Shown here piece by piece: positions 1 to 9,115 of a stretch of 64,000 nucleotides of DNA (position 1 is its first letter; each line of letters starts with the position of its first letter). Below the pieces are notes generated by a model, which saw nothing but the letters and a program-made list of their open reading frames with translations, had not been told where the DNA came from and did not search any database. The position numbers were made by a program, and so were the translations under genes. Source of the DNA: an uncultured Actinomycetes bacterium. Its GTDB lineage: Bacteria > Actinomycetota > Thermoleophilia > Gaiellales > Gaiellaceae. Location of the stretch: assembly GCA_963848525.1 (NCBI GenBank), contig CAWKDZ010000001.1, positions 374,060-438,059 of the forward strand. Reading direction: 5' to 3'.

Positions 1-597
1 GCGACCTCCGCGGGCGATCTGGACGCCGCGAAGCTGAGGGCCTTCGTCAGCACGGACACGCGCAACGGGCTGGACCTCCTGCCGGCGCCGCAGAGGCCCG
101 AAGAGGCTGACGCCGTCGGTCAGGCGGAGTTGGCAGCCGTGCTCGTCGCCGCTCGCAGCATGTATGACGCGGTCGTCGTCGACACCGGTCCGCTCTTCGA
201 CGGAGCGATGCTGGCGGCACTCGACCACACCGACGAGCTGCTCCTTGTCTGCAACCCCGAGGTGACGTCTCTCAAGAACGTCCGCATCGGGCTCGAGACG
301 ATCGACCGGCTCGGCTTCGAGCGTGAGCGTGTCTCCCTGGTCGCCAACCGCCTCGGTGCCCCCGGCGCCCTGGATCGGAAGGCGATCGAGAGCGCGCTGG
401 ACGCCGAGGTCGCGTACGAGTTGCCGGACGATCCGGCGGTTCCCGCCGCGATCAACCGGGCAGTTCCCGTGGTCGTCTCGAACGAGAAGTCCCCGTTCTC
501 ACGCGCACTCGCGCAGTTGACGGCTTCCGTATTCACCCCGGCGTCTGAGGACGAGAGTCCTCGCCAGCGCCGCTCACTCCTGCGAGGTCGGCGATGA
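1..597 (+). CDS. CpaE/TadZ-like MinD/ParA-family pilus-assembly ATPase (C-terminal part; 5' end outside window)
   Basis: Frame 1 is open from base 1; the track only shows it from an internal Met at 130. The translation (...YDAVVVDTGPLFDGAMLAALDHTDELLLVCNPEVTSLKNVRIGLETIDRLGF...VANR...) looks like the C-terminal half of a MinD/ParA-type CpaE. Its TGA overlaps the ATG of the next gene (ATGA, 594-597). Confidence 0.7.
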   Translation, partial: ATSAGDLDAAKLRAFVSTDTRNGLDLLPAPQRPEEADAVGQAELAAVLVAARSMYDAVVVDTGPLFDGAMLAALDHTDELLLVCNPEVTSLKNVRIGLETIDRLGFERERVSLVANRLGAPGALDRKAIESALDAEVAYELPDDPAVPAAINRAVPVVVSNEKSPFSRALAQLTASVFTPASEDESPRQRRSLLRGRR

Positions 598-1964
598 GCA
601 CGATTGAACGGAATAGCCTCATGCGCAGCACCGATGCGTCGGTGCTCGCCGAGCGTCTCTACGTCGACGAGGGGGCCCGGCGCGCCCGCGTCCGGGACCC
701 GCATGCGGAGCTGAAGACGAAGATCCACCGCACGTGCATCGCCCGTCTCGGCAACGCGTTCCTCAATCTCGAGGGCAGCGACGAGCTCGCAAGGCAAGTG
801 CGCGAGATCGTCGTCGAGGAGCTGAACGCCGAAGAAGCCCCGCTGAGCCCCAACGACCGGGCCGAGCTCGAGCAACAGATCGCCTCGGACATCCTCGGTT
901 ACGGTCCGCTCGAGCCGTTCCTCCAGGACATGAGCATCACCGAGGTGATGGTCAACGGCTCCGACCAGGTCTTCGTCGAGCGCGGCGGCAAGATCGAGGA
1001 GACCAAGGCGTCGTTCCTCGACGACGCTCATCTGCTCCGCATCATCGACCGGATCGTCTCGCAGGTGGGCCGGCGGATCGACGAGGCGTCACCGATGGTC
1101 GACGCGCGACTTCCCGACGGAAGCCGCGTCAACGCGATCATCCCGCCGCTCTCGCTCCGCGGACCGTCGCTGACGATCCGGAAGTTCGCACGCGACGCGC
1201 TCACGCTCGAGAACCTGATCGGGCTTGGCTCGATCAGCGAGCAGACGGCCGAGTTCCTCGCGCACTGCGTGCACGGCAAGCTCAACATCCTGATCTCAGG
1301 CGGAACGGGCACCGGTAAGACCACGCTGCTGAACGCCGTCTCCGCCAACGTTCCGGGCGACGAGCGCATCGTCACGGTCGAGGACGCGGCGGAGCTCAGG
1401 CTCCTCCAGCGCCACGTCGTTTCGCTCGAGTCCCGTCCGCCGAACGTCGAGGGCGGCGGCGAGGTGCGCATCCGCGACCTGGTTCGCAACGCCCTCCGCA
1501 TGCGGCCTGACCGCATCATCGTCGGCGAGGTCCGCGGCGGCGAAGCGCTCGACATGCTGCAGGCGATGAACACCGGACACGACGGATCTCTGACGACGGT
1601 TCATGCGAACTCGGCCCGGGACGCACTGCATCGACTCGAGATGCTCGTGCTGATGGCGGGAATCGAACTGCCGGTCAAGGCGATCCGCGAGCAGATCGCG
1701 GGCGGGTTCGACCTGCTCGTGCACATCTCGCGACTCGTCGACGGCTCGCGCCGCGTGACTCAGATCACCGAGATCGCAGGCATGGAAGGCGACGTGATCA
1801 CGCTCCAGGACCTGTTCGTCGCCCGTGTACCCGAGCACCGCATGGGCGATGCGCCGATGCTGCTCGGGCCGCTTCAGTCGACCGGCATCAGGCCCGGGTT
1901 CCTTTCGAAGCTCGCCGCGAACGGCGTCGAGCTGTCGCCGAGCACCTGGTTGGGACACGCATGA
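594..1964 (+). CDS. cpaF: CpaF/TadA-type Tad pilus secretion ATPase (VirB11/GspE superfamily)
   Basis: 456-aa ORF with Walker A GGTGTGKTTLLNA, an IVTVEDAAEL Asp box and RIIVGEVRGGEALDMLQAMNTGHDGSLTTVHAN. It has 4-nt overlaps with both neighbours. Confidence 0.9.
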   Translation: MSTIERNSLMRSTDASVLAERLYVDEGARRARVRDPHAELKTKIHRTCIARLGNAFLNLEGSDELARQVREIVVEELNAEEAPLSPNDRAELEQQIASDILGYGPLEPFLQDMSITEVMVNGSDQVFVERGGKIEETKASFLDDAHLLRIIDRIVSQVGRRIDEASPMVDARLPDGSRVNAIIPPLSLRGPSLTIRKFARDALTLENLIGLGSISEQTAEFLAHCVHGKLNILISGGTGTGKTTLLNAVSANVPGDERIVTVEDAAELRLLQRHVVSLESRPPNVEGGGEVRIRDLVRNALRMRPDRIIVGEVRGGEALDMLQAMNTGHDGSLTTVHANSARDALHRLEMLVLMAGIELPVKAIREQIAGGFDLLVHISRLVDGSRRVTQITEIAGMEGDVITLQDLFVARVPEHRMGDAPMLLGPLQSTGIRPGFLSKLAANGVELSPSTWLGHA

Positions 1965-3790
1965 GACGAGCAGCCCTCGCAGCTCTCGTCTTGATGGCGG
2001 TCGCTCTCCCCGCGTCCGCCGCTGCTTCGGATTCGGCGGAGGTCAGGCGCGTCGACTTCGGCAGCTTCCCGCTCGTGCGGGTAACTGCGGTCGCGCCCGC
2101 CGGCAGCCGGCCGGTCCTGCTCGAGGACAACCGCCGCGCCGACTTCGTGAAGGCCTGGGAAGTCGGCTCGGCGAACGCACTCGTGCTCGCGGTGGACAAC
2201 TCCAACTCGATGGACGGAGCACCGCTTCGTGAGGCCAAGCAGGCGGCGGCGCAGTTCCTGGCCGGACGCCGCGGGGCGGGAACGACCGGCCTGGTCGCGT
2301 TCGGGCACGAAGCTCTCGCGCTGACCCGTCCAAAGGACTCGAAGTCCGAAGTTGCTGGCGTGCTCAAAACCCTTTCCACGGACGCCGAGATCGGAACGGC
2401 GCTCTACGACGCCGTCGAGCTGTCGGTCGCACGCTTGCAGCGCATGTCGAACAGCACCCGAATCCTGGTGCTGCTGACCGACGGTCGTGACCGCGGGTCG
2501 CGGAGCACGCTCGCAAAGGCGACCGCCTCCGCACAGCGCGCGAACGTGATCGTCTACGCCATCGCGGCGGGTGCCGGTGCCGACCGCGCACCGCTGGCCC
2601 AGCTCGCCTCGGCCACGGGCGGCAAGCTGTTCAACGCCTCCAACGTGACCGGCCTCGGCAACGCGTACCGCACGCTCAGCCAAGAGCTCGACCGCACGTG
2701 GCGGCTCTCGTACATGTCTCGCGCACGCCCGGGAGACACGATCAGCCTCTCGCTCCAAGGCGGGAACTCCGCGCTGAGGCTTCAGGTTCCGGAGCAAGGC
2801 GGGCAGTCCGGTCTCATCCCGGCTTCGATCGTGCAGAGCGCCTACGCGCCCGTCGGCGTCGTCGTTCTGGTCGCGCTCCTCTTCGCCGGCGCGGGCGTTG
2901 CTGCGCGCCGCCGGAGCCGAGGGTCTGAGATCGCGCTCCTGCTCGAGCCTCACGTCAAGCCGCACGAGCAGGCGGACGTCGAGGATAGGCCGTCGCGGTT
3001 CGAGTCGCTGTTCGCCTGGACCGAGCGTTCACTCGACGACCTCCCCGGATCGAAGCGCCTCTCCAGCGACCTCGAGCGGTCAGGGTTGAACGTGCGTCGC
3101 GGTCACCTGCCGTACCTCGCATTGATCGTGGGCTTCGTGTTCGGGATGGTGAGCATGATCGTCGGTGCACCACCTTGGCTCGCGCTCCTGCTCATGCTCG
3201 TCGGCCTCGCGGCCCCGTTCGCGTACCTGCGCGTCGCCGGGCGGCGGCGGACGAAGGCATTCGACGAGCAGCTGCCCGACGTCCTGGCCACGATCGCTTC
3301 GACTCTTCGAGCCGGTCACGGGCTGCGCACGGCGCTGAGGGCGATCGTCGACGACGGCGCGCCGCCGGCATCGCAGGAGTTCGCTCGCGTGCTCGGGGAG
3401 GAGCGCCTCGGTCGGCCGCTCGATCAGGCGATCGACGCCATGTGCAGTCGGCTCGGGTCGCCGGACCTCGAATACGTCGCGACCGCAATCAACGTCCAGA
3501 GCCGGGCCGGTGGCTCGCTCGCAGGTCTCTTCGACACGCTGTCGGAGACCGTTCGCGAGCGCCAGCGGCACGCGCGCAAGGTGCACGCACTGACCGCGCT
3601 CGGCCGCATCTCGGCGATCGCTCTCGTGGGAATGCCGATCGCGCTCGGCGCGCTGATGACGCTCATCAGCCCCAGCTACATGACGCCGCTGTTCACGTCG
3701 TCCAGCGGCCACGTCCTGATGGGGATCTGCCTGACCTCGATGGCCATCGGATCCCTGTTCCTGAAGCGAATCGTCTCGGTGAGGTTCTAA
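1961..3790 (+). CDS. Fusion protein: secreted/anchored von Willebrand factor A domain + TadB-like (T2SS-F/GspF family) pilus platform protein
   Basis: 609-aa ORF. It has a signal/anchor (AALAALVLMAVALPASAAA), a VWA domain with a MIDAS-like VDNSNSMDG...LLTDGRD, and a TM helix (APVGVVVLVALLFAGAGVAA). A TadB-type domain follows (LPDVLATIASTLRAGHGLRTAL...) with further TM helices. Confidence 0.8.
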   Translation: MRRAALAALVLMAVALPASAAASDSAEVRRVDFGSFPLVRVTAVAPAGSRPVLLEDNRRADFVKAWEVGSANALVLAVDNSNSMDGAPLREAKQAAAQFLAGRRGAGTTGLVAFGHEALALTRPKDSKSEVAGVLKTLSTDAEIGTALYDAVELSVARLQRMSNSTRILVLLTDGRDRGSRSTLAKATASAQRANVIVYAIAAGAGADRAPLAQLASATGGKLFNASNVTGLGNAYRTLSQELDRTWRLSYMSRARPGDTISLSLQGGNSALRLQVPEQGGQSGLIPASIVQSAYAPVGVVVLVALLFAGAGVAARRRSRGSEIALLLEPHVKPHEQADVEDRPSRFESLFAWTERSLDDLPGSKRLSSDLERSGLNVRRGHLPYLALIVGFVFGMVSMIVGAPPWLALLLMLVGLAAPFAYLRVAGRRRTKAFDEQLPDVLATIASTLRAGHGLRTALRAIVDDGAPPASQEFARVLGEERLGRPLDQAIDAMCSRLGSPDLEYVATAINVQSRAGGSLAGLFDTLSETVRERQRHARKVHALTALGRISAIALVGMPIALGALMTLISPSYMTPLFTSSSGHVLMGICLTSMAIGSLFLKRIVSVRF

Positions 3791-3792
3791 TC

Positions 3793-4681
3793 ATGATCAT
3801 GCTGCTCATTGCAGGTATCGGGTGCCTTGCACTCTGTGGGTTCGCTATGACGAGGCCACGTCGCGTCGTCCAGCGTGACCAACAGGCCGCGCTCGACACC
3901 GTTCGCTCCCTGACCGCCGGTCCGGTCGACACGACCGCCGCACGCCGGAACTCTGTGCTGCTGTCACGTGCGACCGCATCACTGGCTCGAGTTCACACGA
4001 AGCTCTGGCGCAAGGACTCTCCTGACGCGATCACCGCGGAGCTGCGCCGCGCCGGTGTCTCGCGCGGGCTCACGGCCGAGCGCTTCATGGCCATTCGCGT
4101 CGCTGCTCCGCTCCTGGGGCTGCTCGCCGGCTTCACGCTTGCCGACGGCGGCCGCAGGATTGTTCTGGGGATCGTGCTTCGCCTTTGCCGGCGTCTTCAT
4201 CCCGCGCTTCCTGCTCAGCAAGGCGGCGGCGAAGCGGGCCGCCACGATCGATGGGCAGATGCCGCACTTCGTCGATCAGCTCGCGATCGCGATCGAGGCC
4301 GGAATGAGCTTCGACGCGGCGCTCAGCTATCTGCAGGAGGCGAGCGACGGCCCGCTCGCGGACGAACTCGGACGCATCATGACCGAGCTCCGCGTCGGCC
4401 AATCGAGGAAGTCAGCCTTGCGCGGCTTCGCCGATCGCGTCGGGAGCCACAACGTAACTGCATTCACGAATGCCGTGCTCGCGTCAGACCAGCTCGGCTC
4501 CCCGCTCGCCGACATCCTTCGGAATCAGGCTGCCGACTTCAGGCATCGCCGGCAGATGAACGCCGAGGAGCGGGCGCAGAAGGCTCCGGTGAAGATGCTC
4601 TTCCCGATCGCGATCTTCATCCTGCCGGTGATGTTCGTAGTGATCCTCGCGCCCGCGTTCCTGGGCGGCGGGATCTTCTAG
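3793..4681 (+). pseudogene. TadC-like (T2SS-F family) pilus platform protein, reads as frameshifted near 4150-4185
   Basis: ATG 3793 lies 2 nt after the tadB stop. The N-terminal part (MIMLLIAGIGCLALCGFAM...AIRVAAPLLGLLAGFTLADGG) is in frame 1. The T2SS-F core (FAFAGVFIPRFLLSKAAAKRAATIDGQMPHFVDQLAIAIEAGMSF...LFPIAIFILPVMFVVILAPAFLG) is in frame 2 (ORF 3968..4681). The rest of each frame is R/P-rich noise. Confidence 0.6.
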
Positions 4682-4986
4682 CGCAGCAGACCCATCGCCA
4701 GCCGGGCAGTCCAGCCTCCGCCGAGGAAGGCGTAGACCAGCAGCGGCAGGGCTACACCGAACACCTGAAAGTAGATGGCTGCCGGTAGGCCGCTCGCGCT
4801 GATCGCGTCGAACGCCGCCGGCAGCACGAGCTGAAGCAGGACGCAGGCGATGACCACGTGACTCACGGCCCACGCGATGGTGCGCGGGCCGAAGCTCGTG
4901 AACCGCAGCAGGATCCATGCTGCGAGCACGGCGGCGCCGACTGCGAGGATGATCCCGAAGGCGGTTGGGCTCACGAGTCGCAGCAT
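4678..4986 (-). CDS. Small integral membrane protein (3 predicted TM helices), unknown function
   Basis: Internal ATG at 4986 of ORF 4678..5280. Downstream of it the sequence is hydrophobic and protein-like (MLRLVSPTAFGIILAVGAAVLAAWILLRF...VALPLLVYAFLGGGW). Upstream of it the frame is Arg-rich noise. Confidence 0.5.
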   Translation of the reverse strand: MLRLVSPTAFGIILAVGAAVLAAWILLRFTSFGPRTIAWAVSHVVIACVLLQLVLPAAFDAISASGLPAAIYFQVFGVALPLLVYAFLGGGWTARLAMGLLR

Positions 4987-5396
4987 AGTCGCAAAATCGG
5001 GCCGAACAACCCCAAACTCACCGAAGGAGCGGGTGCGCGAGACCGCTCGCGCGCGTACGCGCGAAAGTCTCGCTCGAACTCGGGCCACCAGGGCGGCGGC
5101 TCGAGGTCGTCGCTCGACGGTGACTGATCGCCTCGGTCGTCCGCACGGAGGACCAGCAGCGCGCCCACGGCGAACGCGACGACACCGCCGAAGAACGCCG
5201 CTTGTCCGAGTGCAACGGGAAGCGGCAGCAGCAGGTGCAGCGCGACGGCCAGCGGGAGCGGCACGGCGACGAGCGCCCACCCGACGACCTTGCTCGCGGT
5301 CGACGTCGATGCAGGCGGGCGTTTCGCCGCCACGGCGATCACGCCGAGCAGGCCGAGGCCGACCAACACGTCGAGCAGGAGCAGAGGGTGCGCCAA
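4971..5396 (-). CDS. Membrane protein, unknown function (start uncertain)
   Basis: Distal part of ORF 4971..5531, with hydrophobic helices (LLLLDVLVGLGLLGVIAVAA, VVGWALVAVPLPLAVALHLLLPLPVAL, FFGGVVAFAVGALLVL). I placed the start at the in-frame TTG 5396 because a longer version would run into the LuxR gene end (5455). Confidence 0.4.
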   Translation of the reverse strand: MAHPLLLLDVLVGLGLLGVIAVAAKRPPASTSTASKVVGWALVAVPLPLAVALHLLLPLPVALGQAAFFGGVVAFAVGALLVLRADDRGDQSPSSDDLEPPPWWPEFERDFRAYARERSRAPAPSVSLGLFGPILRLCCDS

Positions 5397-5454
5397 GGGA
5401 CGGAACGATAGACGTCCCGCCGCGGCGCCTCTAGGGCGATTAGAACTGAGGAAG

Positions 5455-6138
5455 CTAGGTCGCGCTCGCGAGCTCGTGAGCGAGCCCGAGCCTGTGCGCG
5501 ATTCCGGTGGCTTCGGTGCGATTCGCGACACCGAGCTTCCGGTAGATCTTGTTCAGGTGGAACTTGACCGTCTGGTCCGAGAGGAAGAGCTCCTTCCCCA
5601 CGGCCCGGTTGGAGAGCCCCTTGGAGACGGCCTCGAGAACGTCGAGCTCTCGCGGCGACAACCCTGTCTCCTCGCGGAGCTTGTCGCGCCCGCTCGCGCG
5701 CGTCGTCTGCGCGACCGCGTCGCGGTTGACGCGAGGATTCGTGTAGTAGACGGTGCCGAGCAGCGTCTGCCGGAGGACGGCGGCGAGGTCGAGCGGATCG
5801 ATCGACTTCGCGATGTAGGCGGCGGCGCCCATCGCCATTCCGCGCTCGATGGTGTCCGGGTCGTCGGTGCCCGTGAAGAGGACGACGGTGACGTCTGGAT
5901 GGCGCTCGCGGAGCACCGCGAGACAGCTCAGGCCGTCGAGGCCGGGCATGTGGACGTCGAGCAGGACGAGATCCGGCTCCGTCCTGGCGACGAGCGGCCC
6001 CACCTGGAGCCCCGACGTCGCGGTTCCGACGACCTCGAAGCCCCGCGCATCCTCGAGGACATGGCTGATCGCCTTGAGGAAGATCGGATGGTCGTCGGCG
6101 AGGACGACGCGCGTGTGCAGCTCGACGACGGTTTCCAC
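5455..6138 (-). CDS. NarL/FixJ (LuxR-type HTH) two-component response regulator
   Basis: Receiver domain (VVLADDHPIF...DLVLLDVHMPGLDG...) plus a C-terminal LuxR HTH (LSPRELDVLEAVSKGLSNRAVGKELFLSDQTVKFHLNKIYRKLGV). GTG 6138 (VETVVELH...) was chosen as the start; the track ORF extends to 6201. Confidence 0.85.
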   Translation of the reverse strand: METVVELHTRVVLADDHPIFLKAISHVLEDARGFEVVGTATSGLQVGPLVARTEPDLVLLDVHMPGLDGLSCLAVLRERHPDVTVVLFTGTDDPDTIERGMAMGAAAYIAKSIDPLDLAAVLRQTLLGTVYYTNPRVNRDAVAQTTRASGRDKLREETGLSPRELDVLEAVSKGLSNRAVGKELFLSDQTVKFHLNKIYRKLGVANRTEATGIAHRLGLAHELASAT

Positions 6139-6396
6139 CCGACGTAGCGTAGGGCCGCCGCCGCGGCCGTTTGGCCGCGAGAGCCGGCGCCCCGCCCGCA
6201 AGGCCGCTTCCCTCCACGAGCGGGCACGCCGGGGATTGACGCGATGCTGTCATTGACGCTCGCGCCGCCGGGTCGCTTTAGCGGCCGACCGCCGAATCCA
6301 TTAGCGCCTGTTAAGCCCTGCGCAAGACCCTTCACGAGCACTGTCATCGGCCTCGTCCCCTTCGAGGAACGAGGCCCTGAGGGGAGGGTGAGAACA

Positions 6397-6870
6397 ATGA
6401 TCCGACGCGTACTGGCACTTGCGGCAACGGTTGTCGCGGTTGGTGCGATGGCTACGGGAGCGTCCGCCGACGGCAACTTCAGCGACCGGCTGCTCTACGA
6501 CTGTGGACCGCTGAGCACGCCGCTCTGCATCGGCGACCGCGACATGGTCGGCTTCGATGCCGGCTGGGTGACCTCGAAACAGCGGCAGAGCGGTGCTCTG
6601 GAGGTGAACGTCGCCGTGCGTGGCGGCGACCCGAACACGGAGTACTCCATCACCCTGTGGTGCGGCCCGACGCACGACCTCGCCGGGTCGTCTGTTGCCG
6701 GCTCGGGCGTGACGACCGGCCCGACCGGTCGAGCGAACGTCAGCTTCGTCGCCTCGGCCGCGCAACTCCTGGCCGCATGCGGTCCGGGAAGCCACACGAG
6801 CCACGTCGATCTCGATAGCGAGATTCCCTCGACGCTTGCCGCGTCAGGGCTCACGTGGAGCTTGCCGTAG
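6397..6870 (+). CDS. Secreted hypothetical protein (signal peptide, 4 Cys)
   Basis: ATG 6397 is preceded by GGGGAGGG. The N-terminus MIRRVLALAATVVAVGAMATGASA is a typical signal peptide. I recognise no family. Confidence 0.6.
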   Translation: MIRRVLALAATVVAVGAMATGASADGNFSDRLLYDCGPLSTPLCIGDRDMVGFDAGWVTSKQRQSGALEVNVAVRGGDPNTEYSITLWCGPTHDLAGSSVAGSGVTTGPTGRANVSFVASAAQLLAACGPGSHTSHVDLDSEIPSTLAASGLTWSLP

Positions 6871-6938
6871 CGGCTCGATTCGGTGACGGTCCCCGCGCGG
6901 GTCGCGGGGACCGTCGCCGCTTAGCCGCCGAGCAGGTG

Positions 6939-9113
6939 TCAGGGTTCGAAGCGGATCGAGTCGATCAGCCGCTGGATCTTGCGCTCGACGCGCGGGTCGT
7001 CTCCCTCCCGCAGCGTCGCATCGGCGATGAAAAGGCCCTGCCCGTCCTTGACCATCGTGAACTCCTCGATGCCCGGGAGAAGGATGAACGTCCCCTTTGG
7101 GACAGGGAAGAGCGGCACGCACGGCGCTCCCTGACAGAGTTCCGGGAACGGCGGCTTCGGGACCGTGGCGAAGCGCACCCTCAGCCCCCGCCGGCCGCCG
7201 ACGGTCGCAGGAGCCGCGCTGCGGACCTCGATCGACGGGTTCCGCCGAAGCTCACGGAGGAACGCGTCGGGCGTCGGCGTTGGGACGAGACGACCGTTCG
7301 CGCTGAAGAGGCGCCCCGCTCGCGCGAAGCTCACGCCGGTGTAGTCGAGGCCGGGCCTTCGCTCACGGAACAGCTCGAGCTGGGCCGAGTCGGAACCCGG
7401 GACGACGCCCTCGGCGAACCAGTCGTCCTCGTCGACGCGGATCGAGAACTGCGGCTCGAGCGCAGAGACCCGAACGCGGGCCCCGACCGGAACGGGGCCG
7501 TTGTGGAGCACCCCCTCCTCGGCCACGCGTGCGGTGCCTTCCGGAGGCGGACTCGTCGGGGTCAGTCGTAGCAACGAGTTGGTGTTCGGGTCGTCGACCC
7601 AGAGCGACCCGGCGGCGAACCGGAGATTTCGAGCGCCCTCGGGCGCGACGAATGGCCTCCCGAGCAGCGCTCCGGTCTCGGGATCGATGCGGAAGATCCG
7701 GCTCGGCGGTTGGGTGAGCGCCCAGATCGACCCTCCGCCGGCGACGACGCGCCAGGGCTCCCCATCGAGGTTGAGCGTGCGTTCGATCTCCATCGTCTCG
7801 GGATCGACGACGACGATGGTCCTGTCGGCGCGGGTCGGGATCCAGAGCCGTCCCTCGTGCTCGGCCGGAAAACCGGCTTGCAAGCCCAGTCCGATCGTCG
7901 ACGCCTCCGCGTCGACGTGCCTCAGCGTCGCCTCTCCGCCGAGCGCCCACACCTCACCATCGCGCGCAGCCACCGGTACCGCCTGAGCCCCGGCGGGGCC
8001 GACGGCTGTCTCGCGCTGGAGCCCCTGCTCGAAACGCACCATCTCCGCGACCGGGCTCCGCGGGTCGCTGAAGGTCGCCCACAGGCGCCCGTTGTCGGGG
8101 AGGAGGCCCGAGAGAGCGCGCTGACCGAGCCGCTTTTGCTGGAGGACACGACCGGTTTCCGCGTCGAGCTCGAGCAGAACACCCGGCCCGCCCGCCCAGA
8201 CGGACGCTCCATCCACGACCAGGTCCACCCAGGCGTCGGGAGGGAGCAGCTTCAACGGAGCACCGACGACGCTCTCGGTCCTGACGTCGACATGGACGAG
8301 CTCGCCCTTCGGCGTGATCGCCCAGATGTGCTCGTCATTCGCAGCGAGTGCGCTCACGGGGGACCCGAGCGGGATGCGCGCCGCCTCAGCGGCTACGGGC
8401 GCGTCACGGCTCCCGGACTCCGGGTCGCGCAGGAGCAGGACTGCGAGGAGCGCCGCGGCGGCGGCGGCAACCAGCACGCAGGCTCCGACGACCAAGCCTC
8501 GCCGGCTGCGGCGACGGGCGTATCGCGAGTCGAGCTGTTCGGCGAGCTTGTCGGGCGTATCGGGAGGGCTCTCGAGGAGCGGTCGGCCGACGCGTCCGTC
8601 GAGCAGCTGCACGAGCGATTGAGTCGCCGACGTCGGATCGCCCCCGGTCGGCTGGGCGAGATCCGGGAGCAGCCACGCGTGCTCCTGCTCCCCGGATCCC
8701 TCGACGACGACGCTCTCCGCCGCAAGGCGGTCGGGAACGGCGCCGGCCGCTGCAAGCGCCGCGAGCTGACGCGCGAGCTGCGAGCCGATCCTGGCCGCGC
8801 GCCCCTCGTCGAGGCGTGCGAGCTGCGTCAGCGGCTGCCCCGTCAGCTGACGCGTGGTGAGCCAAAGGATGCCGCCGTCCTCACCTCGACCGTAGATCGG
8901 AAGCAGTCGCGCATCTGAGATCGCAGAGATCCGGCGCGCTCGGTCACGCGTTGTCTCGGCGTCGGCCTCGTCCGCTGGGAGCGGGGAGACGAGAACCGAG
9001 ACGGGGCGCTCGAGTGCCGCTTCCGACGCGCTGAACCACTCGCCCGAGCCGGACGGGGCAAGTCGTTCCCCGATCACGTACGGGCCTAGCTGCCTGCCTG
9101 TTTCCACGCTCAC
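6939..9113 (-). CDS. Membrane-anchored pseudokinase with extracytoplasmic beta-propeller-like repeats
   Basis: 724 aa. The N-terminal ~150 aa align to a Ser/Thr kinase fold, but the VAIK Lys (VSVLV), HRD (VPDRL) and DFG (LLPDLA) motifs are degenerate. A TM helix (LVVGACVLVAAAAAALLAVLLL) follows, then repeated ...hW(A/V)...L.R(I/V)D... blades like those of the upstream gene. The GTG start lies 2 nt after the upstream stop. Confidence 0.75.
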   Translation of the reverse strand: MSVETGRQLGPYVIGERLAPSGSGEWFSASEAALERPVSVLVSPLPADEADAETTRDRARRISAISDARLLPIYGRGEDGGILWLTTRQLTGQPLTQLARLDEGRAARIGSQLARQLAALAAAGAVPDRLAAESVVVEGSGEQEHAWLLPDLAQPTGGDPTSATQSLVQLLDGRVGRPLLESPPDTPDKLAEQLDSRYARRRSRRGLVVGACVLVAAAAAALLAVLLLRDPESGSRDAPVAAEAARIPLGSPVSALAANDEHIWAITPKGELVHVDVRTESVVGAPLKLLPPDAWVDLVVDGASVWAGGPGVLLELDAETGRVLQQKRLGQRALSGLLPDNGRLWATFSDPRSPVAEMVRFEQGLQRETAVGPAGAQAVPVAARDGEVWALGGEATLRHVDAEASTIGLGLQAGFPAEHEGRLWIPTRADRTIVVVDPETMEIERTLNLDGEPWRVVAGGGSIWALTQPPSRIFRIDPETGALLGRPFVAPEGARNLRFAAGSLWVDDPNTNSLLRLTPTSPPPEGTARVAEEGVLHNGPVPVGARVRVSALEPQFSIRVDEDDWFAEGVVPGSDSAQLELFRERRPGLDYTGVSFARAGRLFSANGRLVPTPTPDAFLRELRRNPSIEVRSAAPATVGGRRGLRVRFATVPKPPFPELCQGAPCVPLFPVPKGTFILLPGIEEFTMVKDGQGLFIADATLREGDDPRVERKIQRLIDSIRFEP

Positions 9114-9115
9114 AG

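Noticed and set aside
3175-4788. 537-aa ORF on the + strand
   Set aside because: It is a composite. Its first ~200 codons are off-frame noise inside tadB, its middle holds the true N-terminus of tadC, and its end is off-frame noise. It is used only as evidence for the tadC frameshift.
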